Shown here: one piece after another, positions 1 to 11,261 of the stretch | Numbering within the stretch: position 1 is the first letter of the stretch | Layout: each line of letters begins with the position of its first letter | Origin: Macrostomum lignano | Taxonomy: Eukaryota | NCBI GenBank assembly: GCA_002269645.1 | Contig: NIVC01000224.1 | Location: 124,001 to 188,000, forward strand | Direction of reading: 5' to 3' | Length of the DNA stretch: 64,000 bases | Notes under the pieces: generated by a model | What the model was told of the DNA's origin: nothing | The model's database searches: none | Seen by the model: only the letters and a program-made list of their open reading frames with translations | Program-made: the position numbers and the translations under genes

Positions 1-1700
1 CTGGCCGGTAGAGCAGGTTGAAGCGGAGATGCTGAATGCGCAGCGCCATTCGCTCGATCCGCGGTGGCGGACGGGAGCCAGGCTTGAAAAGCGGCACGAG
101 CGGTCGGTGTCCGTCACCACGGTGAAGTCTGGGTCGCCAGCCAGATAGTGCTCAAACTTGAGACACCCAAATTTGATGGCCAACGCCTCCCGCTCGATCT
201 GCGCGTACCGCTGCTCCACCGGCGAGAGGGCTCTGCTGGCGTAGGCGACGGGTCTGCTGTTGCCGTCTGGCTGCCGCTGCGTGAGGATGGCGCCGAGGCC
301 GATCGGAGATGCGTCCACCAGGAGCTCCGTGTGCAGCCTGCGGTCGAAAAAGGCCAGCGTGTCCGCGTCTGAGAATGCCTTCTTGATGCCGTTAAACGCC
401 GCTGTATGTTTTTCTGTCCACTCCGAGGCTTGGCCCTTCTTCGTTAGCTGCCGGAGTGGGGCCGCGAGGTCAGCGAAGCTTGGGATGAACTTTGCCAGGA
501 AGTTAGCGGTTCCCAGGAAAGAGCGGACGTGGGCCACGTTGGAGGGCTCTCGGAAGTTCTGCATGGCGTCAATTTTCTCGGTGGCCGGTTGCATGCCCCG
601 GGCGGTCAGGCGCATCCCAAGAAACTCGACAGTCGGCCGGGCGAACCTGCACTTGTCCTGATTGAGGGTGATCCCGAACTCTCGGAGGCGCTGAAGGCAG
701 GCGTCCAGCCTCTCATGGTGCTGCTTCAGGTCGGAGGCGTATACCACCACGTCGTCGTGCGCCCACTGGACGCCGTCGATGCCGCTGAGGATGCCAAGCA
801 TGACTCGTTGAAGGATTTCCGAGGCATTTGTGAACCCCATGCTGAGCCTCTTGAGCCGCATCAGTCCGAGGGGCGTGCTGAAGGTGAAGAGGTGACGGCT
901 GCTCTCGTGGACTGGGATCTGATAAAAAGCCTTCCGGATATCGAGTTCGCTGAACAGCTTGGCGTCTGCCATTTCCTCGGTGATTTCATCCAGCGTGGGG
1001 ATTTGCTGCTTCTCTGGGATGACGAAAGCGTTGAGATCACGGAGGTCCTGGCAGATTGAACGCCACCGTCGTCCTTGGGCACCACCACCATGCGTGACAC
1101 CCAGGCGCTAGGACCTTTGACTGCCTCAATGATGCCCTGCTCCTCCAAAGCCTTGAGCTCGTCAACTACGGCCTCTTTCAGGTGCGCCGCCACACGTGAG
1201 GGCACCTGGCAGACTGGAACAGCGTCATCGGACAGCTGGATCTGGACCTCTACACCCTTGATGCAGCCGATGCCGTTGAAGACTTCTTTGTGCCTCTGCA
1301 GGATGGCCTTGAGCTGGGGGTCGCTACACTGCTCGGAGGGTGTGGTGTAGGCGATGGCGTTTATGTTTTGCGGTTTGGTAGCTTCAGGTCGCTGGATCTT
1401 CAGCACTCCTAGCTTGAATGCGGGCTGACGCCCCAGTATCGTCAGGCCGTCGCCGTCCATGATGTGGAAGGTCGCGGTTGTTCTGGCAGATCCCACTTGG
1501 ATGTCAAGATCGGCGGTACCCACAATCCTGAGAGGTGTCGGTACCCGTAGGCGCGAACTTCGGCTCTTGTTGGGCGTGGGCTTGGCAGGCTGAGCGCTCT
1601 GAAGGTGCCGAGACTCATGATACTGCAGCTGGCTCCGCTGTCAATCATCATGGGAAGCTGCCGGTTTGGCACCTGCCACCAGACGTCAGTGAGACGTCGG
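1..1700 (-). pseudogene. pol: pol (protease-RT-RNase H), frameshifted, truncated by window edge
   Basis: MMIDSGASCS protease; SRMVVVPKDDGGV(R)ICQDLRDLN; WAHDDVVVY; YASRALSPVEQRYAQIERE; VVTD(H)RPL; frame breaks near 1660-1720, 1542, 1058, 109. Confidence 0.9.
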
Positions 1701-2597
1701 ATGGGTATTTGTCGGGTTGTACAGCGCGAACACATCCTCGTTGACGGAGCCGTCGGCAGCTGTGAATACAGCATTGGTGCTGATTTGCTGCTGTGGGATC
1801 CGGCTGCTGTTTGACTGCCGAGGCTGACGGCAGGCAAGAGCGAGGTGGTTGGGCTCACCGCAGTTGTGGCAGATCTTGCCCTTGGCAGCGTCGCAGGTAG
1901 CGTGGCCTTTCTCGCCGCAGCGGTAGCAGGTGCGCTGCTGCTGGTCGCCGGGCCTGCTGGTCGTCTGAGCCGGGCCACGCCTGTTCGTTCTCACCTTGTC
2001 ACCCTTAGCAACGCTGGCCACGTGCGAGTCTGTCTTCTCCATCTCGGTGGCTTGTTCCTCTGCAGCCTCGAATGCCCTCGCCTTTCGCAAGGCCTCTTCC
2101 AGGCTGATGTTCGCCTCCTGAAGCAGCCGCCTGCGCAGCTTGTCAGAGCTGCAGGTTGCCACGAGCTGGTCTCTGATGAGCGAGTCCTTCAGCTGCTCGA
2201 AGTCGCACGGCTCTGCCGCAGTGCGCAGTCTGGCGTACCAGGACTCGATGGACTCTCCGGTGGCCTGGGTGCATAGGCGGAACCGATATCTGGCGAATAC
2301 TATGTTCTTTCTTCCGTTGAAGAATGTCTTCAAAGCGTCCAGCGTCTGCTTGAGGGTGACTTGGCCGTCCTCTGTGGCCGCTGCAGGCTTGGCCTCCTCG
2401 CGGATGATGTCGGCGATTTCCTTGCCTGCTGTGTAGCTGAGTAGTTTGCACTTTTGCTTCTCGTTGGTGATGCCTGATGCATCGATGAAATCTTCAAAGC
2501 GGTCCGCCCATTGACTCCAGCGCTTGCCCGCGTTGTGTGGGCCTGCTGATACTGAGAATGGCTCAGGTGGGGGCAGTGAGAGAAAGTTGGCTGCCAT
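1686..2597 (-). CDS. gag: Gag polyprotein with zinc knuckles
   Basis: MAANFLSLPPPEPF start at 2597; typical Gypsy gag motifs (LIRDQLVATCSSDKLRRRLL); knuckles CYRCGEKGHATC and CHNCGEPNHLALAC. Confidence 0.9.
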   Translation of the reverse strand: MAANFLSLPPPEPFSVSAGPHNAGKRWSQWADRFEDFIDASGITNEKQKCKLLSYTAGKEIADIIREEAKPAAATEDGQVTLKQTLDALKTFFNGRKNIVFARYRFRLCTQATGESIESWYARLRTAAEPCDFEQLKDSLIRDQLVATCSSDKLRRRLLQEANISLEEALRKARAFEAAEEQATEMEKTDSHVASVAKGDKVRTNRRGPAQTTSRPGDQQQRTCYRCGEKGHATCDAAKGKICHNCGEPNHLALACRQPRQSNSSRIPQQQISTNAVFTAADGSVNEDVFALYNPTNTHPTSH

Positions 2598-2616
2598 GAT
2601 TTGTTTACCGCGCGGT

Positions 2617-2634
2617 AGGCGGCTTGCGACGCCA
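2617..2634 (-). promoter_or_regulatory. Primer-binding site of the LTR element
   Basis: Minus strand CTACA-G-TGGCGTCGCAAGCC, i.e. TGG right after the LTR end; primer tRNA not identified. Confidence 0.7.
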
Positions 2635-2635
2635 C

Positions 2636-2860
2636 TGTAGAGAGCGAAGCCGAGAGAGAGAAAGTTATGTGTTGTGTGTAGCCGATAAAGCCTCAATCCA
2701 TTGTAGGCTCTGTGCGATCGATTTATATATTTAGCAGCGACCCTGCAGTTGAGACTGCGTACATTAAAAACAGAAAGCCAAGAATATTGGATGTACATCG
2801 GAAATGCACACCAGGACTAAAAACACTTATTATGCAAGCACTGGGCAGCAGGTGCCTACA
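2636..2860 (-). repeat. 5' LTR (225 bp)
   Basis: Terminal inverted pentamers TGTAG (2636-2640) and CTACA (2856-2860); TATA-like TATATAAA on the minus strand near 2722-2729; one base from the PBS. Confidence 0.85.
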
Positions 2861-3210
2861 ATTAGCAATCCAGTCTATAGATTATCAATTCAGTCTATAG
2901 ATTAGCAATCCAGTCTATAGATTAGCAATCCAGTCTATAGATTAGCAATTCAGTCTATAGATTAGCAATCCAGTCTATAGATTAGCAATCCAGTCTATAG
3001 ATTTGCAATCTAGTCTATAGATTAGCAATCCAGTCTATAGATTAGCAATCCAATCTATAGATTTGCAATTTAGTCTATAGATTAGCAATCCAGTCTATAG
3101 ATTAGCAATCCAGTCTATAGATTAGCAATCCAATCTATAGATTAGCAATCCAGTCTATAGATTAGCAATCCAGTATATAGATTAGCAATATAGTCTATAC
3201 ATTAGCTATC
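2861..3210 (+). repeat. 20-bp satellite array (ATTAGCAATCCAGTCTATAG), about 17 units
   Basis: Visible tandem period of 20; same family as 25178-26400 and 31648-33090. Confidence 0.95.
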
Positions 3211-3976
3211 CCGGAACCAGATGGCATAATGATGACAGCTTTATCTTGCCATTGTGTCGAGGTAAAAATACTATGCATACTGTATCGCCGATAGGCCTGA
3301 CGAACAGCATGAGTAGACCCCAGGAAGACCTCATTTCAAAGTTAATTGTCGCAATTTCCCAAAAAAATCAATTTTCTGTGTTGTGTTGCCCCTGATCGAC
3401 GCTTTTGAATCATTGTACACTAAACGTCAAGGACAAGGTAGAAAAACACAAAATACTGTAGAAGTTTCAAATTCGACAAGGTACACGTAATTACTTATTG
3501 ATTTACTGTAGATTAAAGAGTGGATATGAAGCTACGAGTATATAACATGCACGAACTGTATTCATACAATTATGACCAGACTGTAAAAGCAAAAAGTACT
3601 TCAATTCTCCTCGGGATGCGATGCTAGCAGGGAAAATTTATTAAAAATTCCTCTTAACAAGTTTCCCTCCCACTGAACAAGAAAACTCACTTGGGCTCCA
3701 ATTGATTGCAGTCATGGTATACGCAATCGTTATGTGTCGTGGGTCGTTTATCAATTAGAACATTTTTTTCCAAAGTGCATTCTAAAGCTGCAAAACTGCA
3801 TTAACGGGATGGGAAGCTTTTAGCTTGTTTAGCACCTTGAATTCCCAATGTCACATCTTCTGGATTTTGAAAAGCAGCCAACCTTGGCCTTATTCGTTTT
3901 GAAAACATTTTTCCTTTTGGGGGAGGGGCTTTTAAAAGTTTACACGGAAACTGTGGCCATTCGCCTAGTCATAGTA

Positions 3977-5099
3977 GTCTATGGCCCAAACCAAAATACT
4001 TAGAAGGCGCTATGAGTCTTCCACTTCTATATTTAGACCAAAAGATCTTGGCAAGTCCTTACAGTGTACTGTGCTGTCAAAAGCGAAATTACAATCATAA
4101 AAATGGCACTGCACAAAAACCATCAAGCAAAGGCAGAGACGTCCTGACGGTCCATGTTCCCAGTTATTGTCAATCAATCACAATTTGGCAGGTAATCGCA
4201 GCATGTGACGATGCCAATGGCTTTCTTCGCAACCAGCACCATGACTAGCTCTTGTTTTGCAGGGTGAAGTCTGACGGTGGCGTCGCCAGCTCCTCAGTCG
4301 TAGCCCGCGCCTTCACTGGCTGCTTTGAAAACGCTGTGAGCAAGCTCAACCGGGATTGAGAGCCGGCGAGTATAGTAGGGTGGGTTGCAGTGTGCTCGCG
4401 CAGGGAGATCCGCAGGGAGCACAACCCACTGATGAAGTCCTGGAATCGATGGTGGATCAAAATTGTTATATGACCTCATAGAAGATGAGGCCCATCTCCT
4501 CCTACGTTGTCAGCGCCACATTTACTTTGCTTCCCTTCCGAGCATGAGCTGGGCTGCCTATCCTGCTTTCCCTTGGCCCAATTCGTGTCTAGATGTTAAG
4601 GCCGCACTCATCAAGGAACACAACAGTCGTGTTCAGCTGCTGTGTTGATGAAACATAGGGCATACTCCTGCCTAATTTTTACGGCGCGATTAGAATTGCG
4701 AGCTTCCGGAATGTTGCTTCCCTTCGTAGTATCCTTCAGAGTGTACAGCTGTCCATCCAGTGCTGGTAAAATGGTTGTCTTGTCGATGATCCACTGCAGA
4801 CCATTGAACTGTTTCAGCAAGCGCTGCCGCATCGGCTGTGTTAGAAATGTGTACATGTACATGTACTCTCAGAAATGCTTCTGCACTGAATGGTCTTTAG
4901 TAATATAGCCTGGCTATAGACAAAATTAGCGGCTGGAGTGGCCCAAGGAATTCTAAATCTATTTCTCAAGGGGTTTGGACATGGACTTCTATACTTGGCA
5001 TCTAAGATGCTAAGTATAGAAGTCCATGGGTTTGGAAAATGGATTGCCTCAATTGAAAAAAAACTGATTGCGCTAACCATTTTGGTTTGGGCCATAGAC
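3977..5099 (-). mobile_element. Decayed IS630/Tc1-mariner superfamily DNA transposon (DDE_3-type)
   Basis: Perfect 21-bp TIR GTCTATGGCCCAAACCAAAAT flanked by TA on both sides (3975-3976, 5100-5101); internal minus-strand remnants YTLKDTTKGSNIPEARNSNRAVKIRQEYAL, VFLDECGLNI*TR and PPYYTRRLSIPVELAHSVFK. Confidence 0.8.
4980..5028. mobile_element. 49-bp TIR-only foldback insertion with 8-bp TSD
   Basis: 24-bp arms CATGGACTTCTATACTTGGCATCT / AGATGCTAAGTATAGAAGTCCATG (1 mismatch, 1-bp centre); GGTTTGGA directly repeated at 4972-4979 and 5029-5036. Confidence 0.8.
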
Positions 5100-6127
5100 T
5101 ATACTTTGACAAGGCGAACCCACATGGCCACATGCAGTCTCCCGAATGGAAAATTGACTGCAAAAAGTGATAATATTTTCTCCAAAGGTATGAGCCTATA
5201 GGAGCACGCAATTTGATCCTTAGCGGAGTGGTCAAGCAATTGAAGACTTGCGTTTTCATTTCTATGACCCAGTAGAGGGGGTAATGTGCAAGAAGCCATT
5301 TTGAGATCACTTTGGGCGCTCGACCGCGCGCAATGCTTTTGAAGCTTTTTATAATAATTTTTCAGCTTATTACGATTAAAAAACTTTTAGCTTTAGACCA
5401 CAGCTAGCTATCTATATGTCTTGATGTGCAATAAATCATAAGCTACATGTAGGATCGCATCGCTCGATTATTCAATAATGTAAATTATAGATCGAGATTG
5501 CATATCAGAATGCTAAAATAGATAAATATACAACTCTCCTACTGTAAGTAGCATAATAAAGCATATGATAATAAATAGAGTATATTTTCCACTCGAAAGG
5601 AGCAAACATCATGAAGCTGACACAGAGGCCTAAAGTATCATAATAATCTAGCATTTTGGCAGCTAAATTGTTTCATTGCCCTCTTGTAGGAGGCTGGTTT
5701 TATCTCAGCAACAGCAACAGGGTCAAGTTAAGTCTAGGTACATGTAATTACCGATTGAATACTAGTACGTGAACAAGTACTGAAGTAGAGGGATCATTAT
5801 ACTAGTATATTCAATTTTCTTAGAAATGACATGGAGGCCGAGGCCGGGTCGCTAGGACGAATTAATGTACTGGCACTACATGTACATGTACTGCTGGTTT
5901 TGTGTTTCTAATGCTGTATATGGAATTTATTAATGTTTTAAAGAACCCATAGCGTTTTGTGTTCTCTACAAAACATGTGTTTTACCATAGATGAATTCGG
6001 TCAAGCAACCGGTGCAGAAAATTCCAAGATCCAAGAATAATGATCGAGCTTCCTCTTTTCAAGAGATAAAAAAACGTTTTTCTTCTTTAAGCATTTTTAG
6101 CGCTAAGTTTTCCTTAATTTATAGTAA

Positions 6128-6557
6128 TAATCCATAGAAATAAAGACTTTTCGTGACAATATTTGCGTTCTCCGGGATTTTATTTGGTAATATTCAATAA
6201 TATCCCGTAAAGTCTTAATGTCTATGGTTTATACGAGATTACACATGCCTTTTTCGGGAGTTATTTTCATAAATCCCTCGGGCCTCGGGCCCTCGTGATT
6301 TATACAAATAACTCCCTCAAAAGGCATGTTTAATCTGATACATAATCCATAGAAATAAAGACTTTTCGTGACAATATTTGCGTTCTCCGGGATTTTATTT
6401 GGTAATATTCAATAATATCCCGTAAAGTCTTAATGTCTATGGTTTATACGAGATTACACATGCCTTTTTCGGGAGTTATTTTCATAAATCCCTCGGGCCT
6501 CGGGCCCTCGTGATTTATACAAATAACTCCCTCAAAAGGCATGTTTAATCTGATACA
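6128..6557. repeat. Tandem duplication of a 215-bp unit, each copy containing a long imperfect palindrome
   Basis: Copies start at 6128 and 6343 and appear identical by eye; arms ACATGCCTTT..GGGAGTTATTT..ATAAATC versus GATTTAT..AAATAACTCCC..AAAGGCATGT. Confidence 0.85.
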
Positions 6558-7793
6558 TAATAGCCGTAATTGAAGATTTTTTGTTTCCGGTAATTTCTTT
6601 CCTACACCTTCTTCCATTAGCCGTTTTTGTTATTTCTCATTTTCTTTTGTAAAAAACTTTTTCCGCGAAAGCTGTGGTTTAAATTCTTAAAACTAAGCAG
6701 AGAAGAACCTATCTATATTAATTGATTTGCGATTTCTTGTGACTTGGAAACAAACAAAGCTAAAAGCAAAAAGAATTTAGACCCCTATCTGTGATTTTAG
6801 GGTCCTGAGAATAGAGTAAAATCGACTGCCTGCTCATGTCTATTATTGTCTTTGAAATTTGACATTCCCGCACAATGCTACGCCTACAACCACAAGGCAT
6901 ACATAGGCCTAGGTTTTTTTGTGCGATAGTAGGGATGCTATTATATTATAATAGCATGCTCCAAAAGCACTTCCTGACTCAAAATCGCATCCTTAAATTG
7001 GACCTTGAATGCGATTTTGAATCCTTGTAAAAACGTTCTAAAAACTTTTAGAAAACAAGGATTCGCTGATACTGATAGGCTATTAGGACGCTACACTTGT
7101 GATTCAGAAAAAAATAGGGTTTTTGAAGTATTTATTTAGGTAATTTTTGGCCAATAGGTTTGTCACAATGAGTAGAATACTTTAGCCACCATTTGATCTA
7201 TCTATTATATTTTTTACCATTGTATAGGGGGCCTAGGTCTAATTGCATTTTGGTAAAAGTTGTTGATAAAAATATTTAGTGCTAAACTATAAATCTAGTG
7301 CCCCCTTCAAGGCACCCAATAAACAAAGGACAAACATCATTTAGGCCTATATAAATCCTATTTGTTTTAATACCTAGGCCTAAGTAATTCTCCCAGTAGG
7401 CTTGAGAGGTGTAAATTTACTTTCATTTGCAATTTTTTTTCATTTAAAATGGTGCCAATGATGCGGAATGATGAATGGGAGTTGTATATGGCCCATAAGA
7501 CCTACTAGCCGCGTAGAGTTGTTTGGGGCACAAAAATTTGGCTGAGTTTTATTGAGCCCTCACTATAATTTGGACTGGACTTCTTCAAGTTTATGTTGAT
7601 AAAATAGTTTCAATTTGGATAGGATCATAATTTTGTCTCTATAGGGGTTTTTGATGGTGCTGATTTCAAATTTGAGCTCCATTTTTAGGTAGCTTTAACC
7701 CAATTATATGTAGCTAACAGTAGCTTAAAACCAACCACCGGGGCATGGGGAATGGGGGGTTTTAGGGTGAGGAGATTCTTCATGGGGATTGAT

Positions 7794-7851
7794 TTTATCA
7801 ACATAAACTTGAATAGAGGCATAGAGACCTATTCAAGATTGTGTTGATAAA
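7794..7851. repeat. 23-bp inverted repeat hairpin, probable DNA-transposon subterminal motif
   Basis: TTTATCAACATAAACTTGAATAG / CTATTCAAGATTGTGTTGATAAA (2 mismatches, 12-nt loop); a further motif copy near 7585. Confidence 0.6.
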
Positions 7852-8567
7852 TTCCAATTCTAATAGGGGGGGGGGGTTGAAACAAGTTGGAATTTATTTG
7901 ATAATGAATCTCTGTTTAATTATATCAATATAAACTTGAATCAACATAACTTTATCTAAATGAATTTGCTTACCGTATTTAAGTGTTGTTACTGCCTTAA
8001 TACAATAGAATTAGTAATCTAGCCTTGTACAGTAGTTGGTTTTGAGGTGCGAAATACAAGTGCGAGTTTTGAACGTTGCTTTGGCTGGGTGCAATGAAAG
8101 TGCAAGTGCAAAGATTGAGCAGGTTGTGACATGACAGTTTAAAAAAAAGCACAGAGTGACATGGCACTGTCTATGCATTATAACTAAATTGAAAAAATAT
8201 AATCCGCAAACATAAAAAACATTTGCATATTAATTTGTAGATATTAATATTCATCTTTAATTGGCCTAATGAAGTTCTAGCACATGTGCCATAAAATTAA
8301 AAGTCAAGTGGATACACTTTCAAAAATGCATTTGTAGAAACTTTTTCTTACTGAACCTCATTAAGAGAATAGGGAATCAAGTAAATCGTCATTGCATCAA
8401 CCGTACAGGTAACTTTCTACACTTTTTTTGCATTTTTGTAATTTTGGGTGCCCTATAAGTCTCCACCACAAGTTTCAGAAAAATCAAAAAATCGGAAGTA
8501 TTTTATCAACAGAAACTTGAAGAAGTCCTTTGGACTTTAGAGACTTCGAGACTCTTCTGATTTGCAA

Positions 8568-9170
8568 ATGGCTGGACGGCCCCCAAGACCATTTTGGAAT
8601 GTGCAACCAAATGAAGTTCTGTCAGCACAGGCACTGATAGAACTAAATATGAATTTAAGGGATCTAATGGAAGTGACGGCAAGTATTGACGAGACCATGT
8701 GGTGGCTTGCTTGTCATGGACTATTGGCCAACCAATGGACCTACCCATGTGCTGCACATACATCAATGAATCTGCAGCACTGCAATGGAAAGCAATTCAT
8801 TGATGGCTATGCCTGGGACTGTAAAACCTGTTGACACTAGGAGAGCATATGTAAGGGCTCCTTTTTCGAGGCCAGCCATTTGGACCTGCAGCAGCTAATC
8901 ACCTTGTTGCAATGCTAGGCCAAAAACGAGTCCATGTCAACCGTCATACATGAGTGTTGCATCAGCCGCACCACTGTTGACTGGCTCAACTTTGTTCGCG
9001 ACATCTGTTGCCAGTACTTTGTGGATCACCCAATGCAGCTGGGTGGCCCTAGTCATGTGTTCGAGATTGATGAAAGTTGGTTCTTCCACTGCAAGTGTCA
9101 CCAAGGAGCCTACCGTGATAGTTACTGGGTGCTCGGAATGGTGGAACGAGGCTTGCCCAAGTGCATACAA
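8568..9170 (+). pseudogene. Merlin / ISXO2 (IS1016-like) transposase remnant
   Basis: WWLACHGLL...IDGYAWDCKTC, SICKGSFFEASHL, VDWLNFVRDIC, LGGPSHVFEIDESWF...YWVLGMVERG; in-frame stops near 8832 and 8917; C-terminal half absent. Confidence 0.85.
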
Positions 9171-9692
9171 CAAGGATCTTACCATTTTTTCAGCATACAA
9201 CAGAGTATATATTGGTGTACATGACACAATAGATATATTCTGTCAAATGACAATTTTTATATTGGCACATAGACCCAGTAGGGTCTATACAGAAGAGGTC
9301 TCATTATTTTTTCTAGCATTAAACCTAGTGTATACTAATATACAATCCAAATGATGGCATCTTAGTAATTCCCCTAGTAAGGCTTGACACCTCAACAATT
9401 CCTCCAATAAGCCTTGAAATCTTAGCAGTTCCCCTAATATATTTTGATATCTCAGTGTCATAAAATATATATTGTTTATCTTTTGTTTTAAGTACTTGAT
9501 ATTCTAGTATACTTAAAATTATTGGATCTAGAATACAAATGCTCTTCTATAATCTAGCCTTTGTTGATATAGATGATTACTCTGAATTCATTTATCAAGA
9601 ATCAAGATCTACAATAGTTTCAAAATTTTGTTTTCTATATTTCAAGATATATAATACTTTTAGTAAGGTAATCTATTTGATCTATCTAATTA

Positions 9693-10921
9693 TTCGGTTG
9701 AAGGAAAAGTTCTCTCTGATTTTAAGAACTTATATTGTACTGAGTTTTTATAGAACTGAAGCAACTTCATATCACCTTCATTACCATCATACTTGATGAC
9801 TTTCTGCCATTGTTTATGTAGACTCATGATGCCATCCTTAAAGAACTTAGCTGGTTTTGAGGCAAAGAAGTTGTCCAGCCAGACATTGAGTTCATGCTCA
9901 TCATTGAACAATTTCTCAGCCATAGCACTGGACAGGGATATTAACAAATGGTAATCAGATAGTGCAAGGTCTGGTGAATAGGGTGGGTGGGGTAAAACCT
10001 CCCAGCCCAGATCAAGCAGCTTCTGCTAAGTAACCTTTGCTATGTGTGGCCGTGCATTGTCGTGAAGAAAATAGACTGGATTGTGATTAGGGTGCTTTTC
10101 TTTGATCTTTGCTGCCAAATCATCCAGTTGCTAACAGTACTTGTCAGCTGTTATTGTCAAGTTTGGTGGCAGCAGCTCATATTGAATGATGCCATTTCAG
10201 TCCCACCAGATGCTGAGCATCACCTTCTGAGAGTACAGTGGTGCTTTTGGCTGTGGTTTTGGCATTTCATTTTTGTCCACCCATAAAGTACTGCATTTCA
10301 TGTTGGTGCATAGACACCAATTTTCATCACCTATCACTATGGATGTCAGCCAATGGGTTATGCGACAGTAGGACAAAAGAAACATCGCAACATCAGTGCA
10401 ATGCCAATGGTCAAACTTAGTAAGGTCGTGGGATAACCATTGTGCCAACTTGTACATCCTACCCAGCTGGCGCAGGTGATCAATGATGGTGGTCTGGTGT
10501 ACCCAGAGGAGATCTGCCATTTCACATGAGGTTTGGTGGGGATCAGTTTCTACAAGCTGGCGCAGCTGCTCATCATCTACCCCCAATTGTCGACCTGATT
10601 GAGGCTGGTCTTTGAGTTCAAAGTTTCCATTGCAGAAATGAGTGAACTAGTCCCGGACCCTCTCCAAATGCAGAGTTAATGCAACGTGCCAATGCCAACA
10701 CATTAAGTCCAGATTTAAAGTCATAGAGCAAACATCCGAGAATATAGAGTTTTGAAATTTCCATTTTCAGGCGCTATTCTGAAGAAAGTAGAAGGCAATG
10801 ACTATGACATGATGCCCACCTATCCTTCTTTATAATCCAGCAATGGAAGGTTCTAGAACTTTCAAAATTTTCCTTGCATTATAGTTTTCTAGAATTGGCG
10901 AGAACTTTCCCTTGAACCGAA
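9693..10921 (-). mobile_element. Full-length decayed mariner element (1229 bp)
   Basis: TIRs TTCGGTTGAAGGAAAAGTTCTC / TTCGGTTCAAGGGAAAGTTCTC (2 mismatches in 22); TA TSD at 9691-9692 and 10922-10923. Confidence 0.92.
9770..10764 (-). pseudogene. mariner D,D34D transposase pseudogene
   Basis: ATG at 10764; SIVIGDENW, KVMLSIWWD, FLHDNARPH, LPHPPYSPDLALSDYHL motifs; several stops and frameshifts. Confidence 0.92.
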
Positions 10922-11261
10922 TAATAGCATTTTTAACTATTGTGATAACATTGATTAAGATGGCAATTAGTTCTTTGCATATATTTATAACATCTAAAAT
11001 TATACTACTCAGGTAACTATTTTGTAACTTACCTAAAAACAAACAAAATCTTTCTATTCATTGTCAAATTCCCAATTCCCATTGCTTGAGTCCCCCATTC
11101 TAGGAACTTAAAAGCTTAAATGCTTTTTAAATCTGTATGCTTCCCCAAAAACCTCTATTCATAACTTCCCATAGCTATATCTGTAGCTATGGTGGAACTC
11201 TAAAATTTTTATCAATCCCAAAAATCATAAAAGGTAACCAATTTATCCTTGGTATCCCTCA

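Larger units (their letters stand above)
1..2860 (-). mobile_element. Ty3/Gypsy-type LTR retrotransposon, 5' portion (LTR, PBS, gag, protease, RT, RNase H); integrase and 3' LTR lie left of the window
   Basis: Domain order gag(CCHC)-DSGA protease-RT(WAHDD)-RNase H(LLVDASPIGLGAIL) on the minus strand; LTR with TGTAG...CTACA termini followed by a TGG-starting PBS. Confidence 0.95.

Noticed and set aside
148-1814. Plus-strand ORFs over the retrotransposon
   Set aside because: Antisense shadows of GC-rich pol and gag
4463-4648. IEDEAHLLLRC resembling a LINE C-terminal zinc knuckle
   Set aside because: Lies antisense within the TIR-bounded IS630/Tc1-type element, which explains the region better
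5002-5310. APIGSYL resembling a group II intron/DGR RT motif
   Set aside because: No YxDD or other RT motifs; the ORF straddles a transposon terminus
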